DNA of 64,000 bases, from positions 737,092 to 801,091 of the forward strand of contig CBDCMV010000002.1 of assembly GCA_965219135.1 (NCBI GenBank), given 5' to 3'. The notes under the pieces are model-generated. The model ran no database searches, had not been told where the DNA came from, and worked only from the letters and a program-made list of their open reading frames with translations. The stretch comes from Alphaproteobacteria bacterium. GTDB lineage: Bacteria; Pseudomonadota; Alphaproteobacteria; VGEJ01. The translations under genes and the position numbers were made by a program. Positions 53,095 through 62,005 of the stretch are shown piece by piece (within the stretch, counting starts at the first letter, position 1; each line of letters starts with the position of its first letter).

Positions 53095-53967
53095 CTACAG
53101 GCCGTAGCGGCCCCAGTGCTCGCGCACCTCGACCGCTGCCATCACGTCCTCGGCCCAGCCGGCGGCGCGGCCCTCGCCAATGCCGAACGCGAGGCGGCGC
53201 TGCAACCAGTGCCGGCGGGGCTCGATCGGGCGCAGCCGGACGCGCTCGCCATAGCGCTCCCGGATCACCGTGCGGACGTCGCCGATGCCGTCCACCAAGC
53301 CGAGCTTGAGGGCTTGGCCGCCGGTCCAGAACTCGCCCGAGAACAGCTTCTTCGCGCTGCCCTTGAGCTTGTCGCCGCGGCGCTCCTTGACCAGTGCGAT
53401 GAAGCTGTCGTGAATGTCCTTTTGCAGCGCGGTCAGACGGGCCACGTCCTCCGCCTTTTCCGGGGCGAAGGGATCCAACAGCGTCTTCTTTTCGCCCCGG
53501 CTGTGGACCCGCCGTTCGACGCCGACCTTGTCCAGCAACGCGGTGAATCCGAAGCTGGCTGAGATCACGCCGATCGAGCCGATGATCGAGTTCTCGTCGG
53601 CGAAGATCTCGTCTCCCGCGCAGGCGATCCAATACCCGCCCGAGGCCGCGACGTCTTCGGCAAAGGTGAGTACCGGAACCTTCTTTTCGGTCGCCAAGGC
53701 GCGGACGCGCTTGTAGATGAGCGCCGATTGCACCGGTGAGCCGCCCGGCGAGTTGATCACTAGTGCCACCGCCGAAAGCCGTTTCATACGGAACGCGCGC
53801 TCGATCGGACCGGCGAGGGCGGCAATGTTGAGGCCCCCACGCAGGCGCGAACCGGCGCTGATCACGCCGCCAAGACGCAGCACGGCGACCGTCGGCCGGC
53901 GGCCGCGGAATCGGCTCAAAAGTCCGCCCTCACGCAATTTCGGCGCCTTCAGCCATGCCTTGAACAT
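53095..53967 (-). CDS. sppA: Signal peptide peptidase SppA (S49, 36K type)
   Basis: 290 aa. S49 catalytic Ser region (...AASGGYWIA...) and Lys. Confidence 0.8.
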   Translation of the reverse strand: MFKAWLKAPKLREGGLLSRFRGRRPTVAVLRLGGVISAGSRLRGGLNIAALAGPIERAFRMKRLSAVALVINSPGGSPVQSALIYKRVRALATEKKVPVLTFAEDVAASGGYWIACAGDEIFADENSIIGSIGVISASFGFTALLDKVGVERRVHSRGEKKTLLDPFAPEKAEDVARLTALQKDIHDSFIALVKERRGDKLKGSAKKLFSGEFWTGGQALKLGLVDGIGDVRTVIRERYGERVRLRPIEPRRHWLQRRLAFGIGEGRAAGWAEDVMAAVEVREHWGRYGL

Positions 53968-53995
53968 AGGTTGCCGGTGCGTGCGCTACAACCGC

Positions 53996-54784
53996 TCACG
54001 GCTTGAGCGCACCGCCGTGGCGCAGGATGGCCTCCGCCGCCTCGGTATAGCCGCCCGCCGGCCGGTGTAGCGTCAGGCCGCGGCACAGCTGTAGCGGCGC
54101 GGCGCTTCCCTTGATGGCGCGCACGATCACCAGCTTTGCCGCCGCGTCACCGCCGGGCCACAGCGGCACCACGCGAATCCCACCGCCACCCGCGCCAAGG
54201 TGCGCCACCAGGTCGCCCAGGCGCTCGGCGCGATGGATCACCGTGACCGTACCGCCGGGCAGCACCCGATCAACGCAAAAGGCGACCCAGCGCCCGAGGC
54301 TACCGACGCCGGCGTGATGGGCGGCGGCGCGCGCGGGCTTGGACGGCGGCTGGTGGCGGGCGGCGTCGAAGTAGGGTGGGTTGGCCATCGCGTGATCGTA
54401 GTCCGTTGCCAGGTCCGACGGCGGCGCCGCAATGTCACCCTCGATCACGCGCACGCGTTCGGCGAGCCCGTTGAGTGCGATGCTCTCGGCCGCCGCCGCG
54501 ACCAGCTCGGGCCGGAGCTCGATACCTTCGACCCGTACCTGCGCCACCCGCGCGGCGAGGCACAGCGCCGCCGCCCCGGCGCCGGCGCCGGCCTCGAGAA
54601 CGGTTTCGCCTGCCGCGGCCGGCACCGCTGCGGCCAGCAGCGCGGGATCGACGCCGGGCCGCGGCGCGCTCGGCGCAAGCCGCACCCGGCCGCCGAGGAT
54701 GGCGGCGCCGGCCCCCGGTGGCGCCGTCGCGCTAGACCCCGGCGACATCGGCCTCGCGCAAGATCTGGCGCGCTTGATCGGCAT
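53996..54784 (-). CDS. Class I SAM-dependent methyltransferase with NPPY motif (TrmN6/YfiC-like)
   Basis: GxGxG SAM motif (LEAGAGAGAAAL) and ANPPYF. Confidence 0.6.
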   Translation of the reverse strand: MPIKRARSCARPMSPGSSATAPPGAGAAILGGRVRLAPSAPRPGVDPALLAAAVPAAAGETVLEAGAGAGAAALCLAARVAQVRVEGIELRPELVAAAAESIALNGLAERVRVIEGDIAAPPSDLATDYDHAMANPPYFDAARHQPPSKPARAAAHHAGVGSLGRWVAFCVDRVLPGGTVTVIHRAERLGDLVAHLGAGGGGIRVVPLWPGGDAAAKLVIVRAIKGSAAPLQLCRGLTLHRPAGGYTEAAEAILRHGGALKP

Positions 54785-54944
54785 CGGAATTGGCGACCAT
54801 CAGGCGGCGCGGCAGCGCCCCGATCGAGCCCTCGAGCACGCTCGTGTGGGTGTCCAAGACGACCGCGTGGACTTTCGAATCCGCCAACAGCGCGACCAGC
54901 CATGAAAGCAGCACAGCGTCATTGGTGCGAAACAGCTCTACCAA
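54732..54944 (-). CDS. DUF2007-like small protein
   Basis: 70 aa (MVELFRTNDAVLLSWLVALLADSKVHAVVLD...). Overlaps the methyltransferase start. Confidence 0.4.
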   Translation of the reverse strand: MVELFRTNDAVLLSWLVALLADSKVHAVVLDTHTSVLEGSIGALPRRLMVANSDADQARQILREADVAGV

Positions 54945-55060
54945 TTCCCCACGGACCTCGCTGGTGGCGACTCGCGCGTGCGCCAGGGTTGACCCTCGAA
55001 CCGCGCCACTTCTATGCTCGCCGCAGCCCGAACCGGGGTCAAGGCAGGGGGGAACAAGCC

Positions 55061-56080
55061 GTGGGGCTCGTCGTCCCGCTCGAAAAGGAGCGGCCGCACG
55101 CCTCGTCGTCGATCGAGCCGCTGCAGCGGCTGGTGGCCGAGGATCTGGCCGCGGCCAACGGCGTGATCGTCGCGCGCATGGACAGCCGGGTCGCGTTGAT
55201 CCCCGAACTCGCCGGCTATATCGTCGCAGCGGGGGGCAAGCGTATCCGCCCCATGCTGACGGTCGCGGGCGCCAAGATTTGCGGTTACGCCGGCGACCGC
55301 CACGTCAAGCTCGCCGCCTGTGTGGAGTTTATTCACACCGCGACACTCTTGCATGACGACGTGGTCGACGAGAGCGACCTGCGCCGCGGCAATGCCGCAG
55401 CGCACGCGGTGTGGGGCAACGCAGCCAGCGTGCTGGTCGGCGACTTCCTCTTCAGCCGCGCCTTCCAGCTCATGGTCGAAGACGGCTCGCTCCGGGTTCT
55501 CGACATCCTCTCTCGGGCGTCGGCGGTGATCGCCGAGGGCGAGGTGTGGCAGCTCGCAACCACCAACAACCCCGAGACCAGCGAGGATGCCTACCTCGAA
55601 GTGATCACCGCCAAGACCGCGGCGCTGTTTGCCGCCGCTTGCCGCATCGGCGCGGTGTTGGCCGAGCGGCCGCGGCCCGAGGAAGAAGCGCTGGAGAGCT
55701 ACGGACGCAACCTCGGCGTCGCCTTCCAGCTGGTCGACGACGCGCTAGATTACACGGCCCCGCAGGCAGGGTTCGGCAAGACCGTGGGCGATGATTTCCG
55801 CGAGGGCAAGATGACCCTGCCGATCCTCCTCGCCTATCGCCGCGGGAGCACTGAGGAGCGCGAGTTCTGGCGCCGCACTCTCGAACGCGGCGAGCAAGCG
55901 GACGGCGACCTCGAAGCCGCGTGCGCGATCCTCGAGCGTCATGGCGCGCTCCGCGACACCGTCGAGCGGGCGCGCCACTACGGCGCCATCGCCCGCGACG
56001 CGCTCGGCATCTTCGGCGGCGGCGAGGCCAAGCGCGCCATGATGGAGGTCGTCGACTTCTGCATCGACCGCGCCCACTAG
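55061..56080 (+). CDS. ispB: Polyprenyl-diphosphate synthase (octaprenyl/solanesyl diphosphate synthase)
   Basis: 340 aa from a GTG. FARM LLHDDVVDESDLRRG and SARM FQLVDDALD. Confidence 0.85.
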   Translation: MGLVVPLEKERPHASSSIEPLQRLVAEDLAAANGVIVARMDSRVALIPELAGYIVAAGGKRIRPMLTVAGAKICGYAGDRHVKLAACVEFIHTATLLHDDVVDESDLRRGNAAAHAVWGNAASVLVGDFLFSRAFQLMVEDGSLRVLDILSRASAVIAEGEVWQLATTNNPETSEDAYLEVITAKTAALFAAACRIGAVLAERPRPEEEALESYGRNLGVAFQLVDDALDYTAPQAGFGKTVGDDFREGKMTLPILLAYRRGSTEEREFWRRTLERGEQADGDLEAACAILERHGALRDTVERARHYGAIARDALGIFGGGEAKRAMMEVVDFCIDRAH

Positions 56081-56142
56081 GGCCCGCGCGCTCGAATTGC
56101 ACGCTTCGGGCGATGGCGCTATAACGGCGCCCCGGCGTCACG

Positions 56143-56219
56143 CGGAGTGTAGCTCAGCCTGGTAGAGCACCGTCTTCGGGAGGCGGGGGCCCGCGGTTCA
56201 AATCCGCGCACTCCGACCA
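56143..56219 (+). tRNA. tRNA-Pro (anticodon CGG)
   Basis: Cloverleaf: acceptor CGGAGTG/CACTCCG (7 bp), D-arm GCTC/GAGC, anticodon stem CCGTC/GGCGG with loop TTCGGGA (CGG, G37), T-arm CGCGG-TTCAAAT-CCGCG, encoded CCA. Confidence 0.85.
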
Positions 56220-56334
56220 CGCTGGTCGCGCGTTAGTCGTTGATCTCGCGGGAAGGGCCGGTATTCTACTGGACCCTCGGACTCTCGTGCGATCTACCAC
56301 CATGGCTCGGAAGAAGCCTATCCAAGGAGGAACC

Positions 56335-57129
56335 ATGAAAAAAACCCGCAACACCGTCTACGACATGCTCGCGCTGAAGGGCAAGCGCCAGATTTCCATG
56401 CTCTACGTCGACAACCTCGACGAGGGACGGGCGGCGAGCGCCGCTGGCATCGACATGCTGTCAATCGCCGAGACATTGTGGACGCCCGAGATGCGCGAAG
56501 CCGTAGGCAACTGCTTCGTACAGGTCGGCCTAGTCTACGGCGAGCGTTGCACTTACGAGGACTATGTCCGGGCGGCGCACAAGGCGATCCAGCTTGGCGG
56601 CGATTGCGTATACACCTCCGCCAGCATGGAGATCATCCGCGGGCTGGCCGCCGAAGGCATCCCGGTCGTGAGCCATGTCGGGCTGATCCCGGCGAAATGC
56701 ACTTGGACGGGCGGGTTCGTGGCCGTCGGCAAGACCGCCGACAGCGCCATGATGGTGTACGAACAGACCAAGGCGCTGGAAGAGGCGGGAGCCTTCGCGG
56801 CCGAGCTCGAGGTTGTGCCCGACCGGGTCGCGGCGGAGATCTCCAAGCGCACCTCGCTGCTGATGCTCTCGATGGGCGCGGGACCCGGCGGCGACGCGCA
56901 GTACCTCTTCGCCGAAGATGTGCTCGGCTATACCCGCGAGCATCGACCGCGCCACGCCAAGGTCTATCGCGATTTCCAGGCCGAATACGATCGGCTGCAG
57001 AAAGAGCGTATCGCCGCTTTTAAGGAATACGCGGCCGATGTGGACTCGGGCGCCTATCCCGCCGCGGAACACCTGGTGCCGATCGCCGACGACGAGTTCG
57101 ACGCGTTCCTCGGTCGACTGCCGTCGTAG
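56335..57129 (+). CDS. 3-methyl-2-oxobutanoate hydroxymethyltransferase-family protein (PanB-like)
   Basis: 265 aa from MKKTRNTVYDML. AAGGAGG SD. KPHMT/ICL-PEPM TIM-barrel fold. Confidence 0.75.
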   Translation: MKKTRNTVYDMLALKGKRQISMLYVDNLDEGRAASAAGIDMLSIAETLWTPEMREAVGNCFVQVGLVYGERCTYEDYVRAAHKAIQLGGDCVYTSASMEIIRGLAAEGIPVVSHVGLIPAKCTWTGGFVAVGKTADSAMMVYEQTKALEEAGAFAAELEVVPDRVAAEISKRTSLLMLSMGAGPGGDAQYLFAEDVLGYTREHRPRHAKVYRDFQAEYDRLQKERIAAFKEYAADVDSGAYPAAEHLVPIADDEFDAFLGRLPS

Positions 57130-57179
57130 CGGGCTCGGGGCGCTTCCCCGACCGGGGTGGCGCGGGCGTCTGCTGGAGG

Positions 57180-58265
57180 CCGGGGCCCGCGCACGCCGGG
57201 GCCGCCTTCGCCGGCGGGTCGAGCGCTCACGAGTCGTCGGTAGGCGGTTTGGCCGTCGCGCCAAAGGCATCGCCAGCGCTCGGCGCGGCCGCGAAGCCCG
57301 TCGCCATATTGCGCAGGGGCGCTCCTCCACTGGTGGGAGCCCGGCTTTGCGCAAGCCGCCAAGCAGCCGCTCAAGATACCCGGGATGGCGAAAATGATCC
57401 CAATGCGATCGCGCCCGGGCCAGCGTGGGCGCCACGCCAAAACGGTTCTCGAACCGCTGCGTCCACGCCGCGATGGCGGGGCCGGCCTCTCCGTCGCGGC
57501 CCAGATAGCCATAGGTCGCCACTAGCGGGGCAATCGAGGAAAGACATTCGAAAAGGAGGACCGTATAGCATCCCTCCGCCATGCCCTTGGGGTTTCGCGC
57601 CACCTCGCTGGCAAGCAGCGCCGCCGCCTCTTCAAACTCCTCCAGGTGGAATTTTGCCATCCCGAGCCAGTAGAGGTATCGCGGGGGGTAGTCGGGATCG
57701 AGCCGCATTGCGGTTTCCACCGCAGCGGCGGCTTCGGCGGGCCTCCCGTCGTGAAGGAGAGCGTGGGCCAGCGTGATGAAGGCCTCGGGATCGTCGGGGT
57801 CCATCGCTATGGCGGTCCGCGCGCTGACCGCCGCGCGCTCGTAGTCGTGCTGATCGGCGTACCACCAGGCATCGAATTGGAAGAGCAGCGGCGTCGGCCG
57901 TTTTTCTTGGCTAGCATCACGTCGTATCCCACCTCGCCGAGCCTCCCCGACAGCCCCAGCGATTCGGACCAGCCAAACCGCCTGGCCCAAAGGTAGGTGA
58001 ATGCCAGCGCCGCATAGGCGTTGCCGTACCCGGGATCAAGCTCGACAGCCCGGTTCAAGGACACGATCGCCGCCGCGGTGTCTTCGACCGTAAACTTTCG
58101 AAAATGCTGCCAGCCCATGCGGAAGGCTTCGTCTGCCTCGCTACGATCGGTGCCCGCGCCTGCGATCTCGTGCCGGGTTTCGCCAGCACACCCGGTGATC
58201 AGCGCGGCGGCGGCCACCGATATCGCGAGTGCGAGAGCGATCGTCCGCGCCTGGTTCATCGGCAT
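57180..58265 (-). pseudogene. TPR-repeat lipoprotein with a frameshift in an A5 (T5 on +) homopolymer at 57901-57905 and apparent loss of the stop codon
   Basis: Lipoprotein leader MNQARTIALALAISVAAAALITGC plus TPR (...AIVSLNRAVELDPGYGNAYAAL...DVMLAKK). Continues as (K)RPTPLLFQFDAWWYADQ...YLERLLGGLRKAGLPP in the +2 frame (track ORF 56530..57990). Adding one A restores ...AKKKRPTPLLF... The paralogous cyclase-TPR ends right after ...GLRKAGATE*, whereas here the frame reads on into panB antisense. Confidence 0.5.
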
Positions 58266-58278
58266 TCGCTCGCCCCGG

Positions 58279-59190
58279 CTAATCCTCCGCCCGCGCCAGG
58301 TCGAAGTCCCACCTACAGCCGCCCCGCAGCTTCCAGTCGCCCTCTATCTCGCCGTCGTCGTAGGTTCCGCGAACCTCGATCATCGCCCAGGTTTCCAACG
58401 TACCCGTCAGAACGCCATCCGCATCGATGGCGCCCGAAAACACTACTTTTTGTCCGCCGCCGCCGCTGCCGGTCGCCTTGCCGCCGGTGATGGTCACCTG
58501 CCACCGCATAGTGGTCGGGCAGGGGCCCAACCCAGAGGAAAGTCTCGCGCGGCCGCGCCACTCGCCATCGAATTTAGTCATCGCGGGCGGCGGCGCCGGG
58601 CCCTCCTCGAGGATCGTTAGTCGGCGGCGGGCGAGTGCCGCAAGCGCGCCGTCGGGGTACTGTTCAAGGTAGGACTCGATGCTCGCCGTGTCCTGCGATT
58701 CCTTGACCGATTCCCAGTAGGCAAGCTCGATCTCGCGGGCGTCGAACGTCGGCTGCGGCGCTTCGTCCTCGGCGTCGAGCGATCCGCTTAAGCTGATGGG
58801 CACGAAAAGGAAGTCGCCACCCTCGTGGCCGGCCAGCCGGATGTCGGAGTATTGCGGGGTCTGCTCGGCGTTCACCACCACCGGCCGGCGGATCGCAGTA
58901 AACAGACCATTGCCGTCGATGATCTCGTCTCTCTCGCGCAGCGTGTGGTGAACACCGAATGGCCGTCGCCACCGCCGTCGTAGACCGGCTCCAGCCCGCC
59001 CGAGACCAGGGCGGTGCGCGAGCGCTTGGCGGCGAGCCGGCGTAGCTCGGCCGTTCGCTCCGCGTTGGTTTCGAGCCGGGCCGGCGCGCTCCGCACCAGC
59101 GCGCCCGAATAGCACGAATCGGCGATCACCATTACATGCTTGGCCGAAATTCCCCGAGTCGAACGCGTCACGGTGGAGATGGCGATCCAA
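58279..59190 (-). pseudogene. Caspase (peptidase C14)-domain protein remnant: N-terminal half of the caspase domain is missing, with a frameshift at about 58945-58960
   Basis: Frame opens just upstream of ...SAKHVMVIADSCYSGALV (second caspase catalytic motif) with no p20 His region. After ...GGGDGHSVF the conserved continuation (...LRERDEIIDGNGLFTAIRRPVVVN...EIELAYWESVKESQDTASIESYLEQYPDGALAALARRRL...) is in the -1 frame (track ORF 58279..59205). Confidence 0.5.
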
Positions 59191-59653
59191 TTGGCCTGGG
59201 TTCAAACTGAGACACTACCCAGCTTGCTTGTTCGACGGCGCCGCCGAACCGCGACCACGCGTCCATGCCGCCGACGATGTGGCAGACGTCGCCAAGGCCC
59301 ATCTCTTGCGAGGTCCTAACCGCGAGCGCGGAGCGTTCGCCAAAGGTGCAATAATAGACCAAGCGCTTGCGGGCGGTGGCCCCTTCGTAGTGCAGGATGC
59401 CGCCGGGGCTCAAGAGTCGCTCGAGATCGCCGTACGGCGCATGCAGCGAGCCCGGGATGACGCCGTCGCGTCGGCGCTCTGCGTCCTCGCGTAGATCGAC
59501 CAGCACCACCTCGGCGCGGCTCATTTCCCGCGCCGCGTCCGCGCACTCCAGGCACCATGCTTGGTCGGCCGCACCTTGGGTTGCTCCGATGGAAAGGTTG
59601 GCCGGCACGGCGATGTCCATCATCTTGGGGTTGGGCAGGTTGAGCGCCGCCAT
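59168..59653 (-). CDS. Rhodanese-domain sulfurtransferase
   Basis: About 160 aa. ...VVLVDLREDAERRRDGVIPGSLHAP...RLVYYCTFGERSALAVRTSQEMGLGDVCHIVGGMDAW (active-site Cys loop CTFGERS). Confidence 0.65.
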   Translation of the reverse strand: MAALNLPNPKMMDIAVPANLSIGATQGAADQAWCLECADAAREMSRAEVVLVDLREDAERRRDGVIPGSLHAPYGDLERLLSPGGILHYEGATARKRLVYYCTFGERSALAVRTSQEMGLGDVCHIVGGMDAWSRFGGAVEQASWVVSQFEPRPIGSPSPP

Positions 59654-59739
59654 CCGCTCGCCATACTCCTCGGGCGATTTGACCTGCAGACGTGGGTTGT
59701 GGGCGCGCTCGCCGCAGGCCCGGGGCCGCTCGGAGCGCA

Positions 59740-60149
59740 TGTTCGGGACCTTGCAGAAGCGCCTGCCCCAGGAGCTGCGCCTCGCCGGGATCGCCACCAT
59801 GGCCGAGGCCAATCGCTTTCTCGAGGAGCTCTTCTGGCCGGCGCACAACGCCCGCTTCGCCCGCCCGGCCGCGGACACCGGCTCGGCCTTCGTGGCTTTT
59901 GCCGGCACGCTCGAGGACATCCTCTGCGCCCAGGAGGACCGCGTCGTCGCGGGCGACAACACCGTGCGCTACAAGAACCGCACGCTGCAGATCCCGGCCG
60001 ATCGCCACCGCCACCACTACGTCAAGGCGCAGGTCCGGGTGCACGAATATCCCGACGGCCACCTGGCCGTCTTCCACGGACCCAGGTGTCTGGCGCGCTA
60101 CCGCGCCGACGGCGAAACCATCGACGACGACAGGCTCCAGGCCGCGTGA
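59740..60149 (+). pseudogene. C-terminal fragment (about 135 aa) of an IS1202/ISNCY-like transposase
   Basis: ...MFGTLQKRLPQELRLAGIATMAEANRFLEELFWP...NTVRYKNRTLQIPADRHRHHYVKAQVRVHEYPDGHLAVFHGPRCLARY... No N-terminal HTH or DDE region. Confidence 0.45.
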
Positions 60150-60316
60150 CCCGCTTCGACGCGACCGAGCCAAACCACCACAACAGAAGCGGTCAATTCA
60201 TATGGTACATAAAGCGGTCAACTCAGTTTGTTATCGACACGCTCGGGCGCGAAGCCTCTTCGCACGAGCGCTCGCGCGAACTACACTCCGCCGGGTGGCG
60301 CCGCCGCACCAAGAGC

Positions 60317-60721
60317 ATGCCGGAGACGGAGAAAATCCTGTTCGCCAACGAGGCGTTTTACCGCGCCTTCGCTGACCGCGATCTCGAGGCGATGGATGGG
60401 CTGTGGTCGCGGTCGGCGCCGGTGGCGTGCATTCATCCCGGCTGGGACGTCTTGACCGAACGCGACGCGATAATGGATAGCTGGCGCGCGATCTTCTCTA
60501 ACCCGGACCAGCCGCCGATCCGCTTCGGCAACGCGCTGGCGCACGTCTACGGCCCGCTCGCCTTCGTGACCTGCAACGAAGCCTTGGCCGAGTCCTTTCT
60601 GGTCGCAACCAATTTCTTCCGCGGCGAGGATGGTGCGTGGAAACTCGTCCATCATCAGGCATCGCCATTGCCCGGTCCGCCGCCCTCCTTTGACCAGGAA
60701 TCGCGTCCGGTGCGGCACTAA
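60317..60721 (+). CDS. SnoaL-like / DUF4440 (NTF2-fold) protein
   Basis: 134 aa (MPETEKILFANEAFYRAFADRDLEAMDGLWS...). Confidence 0.65.
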   Translation: MPETEKILFANEAFYRAFADRDLEAMDGLWSRSAPVACIHPGWDVLTERDAIMDSWRAIFSNPDQPPIRFGNALAHVYGPLAFVTCNEALAESFLVATNFFRGEDGAWKLVHHQASPLPGPPPSFDQESRPVRH

Positions 60722-60743
60722 ATTGGCGCAGTCGGTCGAAGCG

Positions 60744-61994
60744 ATGGCGACAGCGGATGGAGTCTGTCGCGACTGCGGCGCGCTGGTCGACCTCGGCCCA
60801 TCCTGTGCGTGCGGCTCCAGCCGGTTGGTTCGGCACGCCGAGCTCGCCACGCTCTCGATCGCCCACATTGACTGCGACGCATTCTACGCGGCGGTGGAGA
60901 AGCGGGACGACCCCGCGCTTGCCGAGCGCCCGGTGCTGGTCGGTGGCTTGGGCCGCGGCGTCGTCATGTCGGCGTGCTATCTGGCCCGGCGTCACGGCGT
61001 TCGCTCGGCGATGCCGATGTTCGAGGCGCTGCGCCGCTGCCCCGACGCGGTGGTGGTACGCCCGAACATGGAAAAATATAGCGCCGCCGGCGCCGAGGTG
61101 CGCACCGCCATGCGCAAGCTGACGCCGATCGTCGAGCCGATCTCGATCGACGAGGCGTTTCTCGACCTCTCCGGTACCGAGGTCGTGCACGTCGCGATGC
61201 CCGCACAATCCCTCGCCCGCCTAGCGCTCGAGATCGAGCGCACCGTGGGCATCACGGTCTCGATCGGGCTGAGCTACAACAAATTCCTGGCCAAGCTTCT
61301 GTCCGCCGACTGCAAGCCTCGGGGATTCGCCGTCGTCGGATGCGCCGATGCGCTTGATTTTCTCGCCGACAAGCCGGTGCGGGCACTGTGGGGGGTTGGC
61401 CCGGTGCTCGGCGCGCGGTTCAAGCGCGACGGCCTCGAGACCATCGGCGCGCTTCGCGACCTGCCCGAGGCCGAGTTGGTGGCGCGCTACGGTCGCATCG
61501 GCGCGCGGCTCAAGCGCTTCTCGGACGGGCGCGACGGCCGCACTGTCAGCACCAGCCGCTCCGCCAAGAGCATCTCCGCCGAGACCACGTTTGCCGAGGA
61601 CATCGCCGATGCGGACGCGCTCGCCGAGCGCTTACGGACGCTGTGCGAGCGCCTATCGCGCCGCCTAAAGCGCGCCGAGCTGGGCGCGGGAACGATCACC
61701 CTCAAGCTCAAGTCGTCCGATTTCCGGATTCGCACGCGCAGCCGACGGCTGCGTGCCTCGACCCAGCTCGCGCGCACCATTTTCGAGGTTGCCGAGGCGC
61801 TGCTAAGGGCCGAGGCACGAGGTCAGCGGTTCCGGCCAATCGGAATCGGCGGCTCGAGGTTGGTGGCCGCGGACTCGGCCGACCCGGCGGATCTGTTCGA
61901 CGCCGGCGGGGCCCTGCTCGAACGGACCATCGATAACGTCCGCGCCCGGTTCGGCGAAGGGGCGCTCACAAGCGGTCGCATGACGGCCAAATAG
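60744..61994 (+). CDS. dinB: DNA polymerase IV with a short N-terminal Cys-rich extension
   Basis: 416 aa. Y-family core from ...IAHIDCDAFYAAVE... Preceded by MATADGVCRDCGALVDLGPSCACGSSRL (CxxC-x9-CxC). Confidence 0.85.
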   Translation: MATADGVCRDCGALVDLGPSCACGSSRLVRHAELATLSIAHIDCDAFYAAVEKRDDPALAERPVLVGGLGRGVVMSACYLARRHGVRSAMPMFEALRRCPDAVVVRPNMEKYSAAGAEVRTAMRKLTPIVEPISIDEAFLDLSGTEVVHVAMPAQSLARLALEIERTVGITVSIGLSYNKFLAKLLSADCKPRGFAVVGCADALDFLADKPVRALWGVGPVLGARFKRDGLETIGALRDLPEAELVARYGRIGARLKRFSDGRDGRTVSTSRSAKSISAETTFAEDIADADALAERLRTLCERLSRRLKRAELGAGTITLKLKSSDFRIRTRSRRLRASTQLARTIFEVAEALLRAEARGQRFRPIGIGGSRLVAADSADPADLFDAGGALLERTIDNVRARFGEGALTSGRMTAK

Positions 61995-62005
61995 GGGAGC
62001 TGGGA

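Noticed and set aside
54200-56080. 626-aa ORF
   Set aside because: Upstream extension overlapping the methyltransferase on the other strand. ispB homology starts at the GTG at 55061 (340 aa, the normal IspB length).
56530-57990. 486-aa minus-strand ORF spanning panB
   Set aside because: Only the 5' 220 codons (TPR paralogue) are real. The rest is antisense panB, kept open because the TPR gene has lost its stop.
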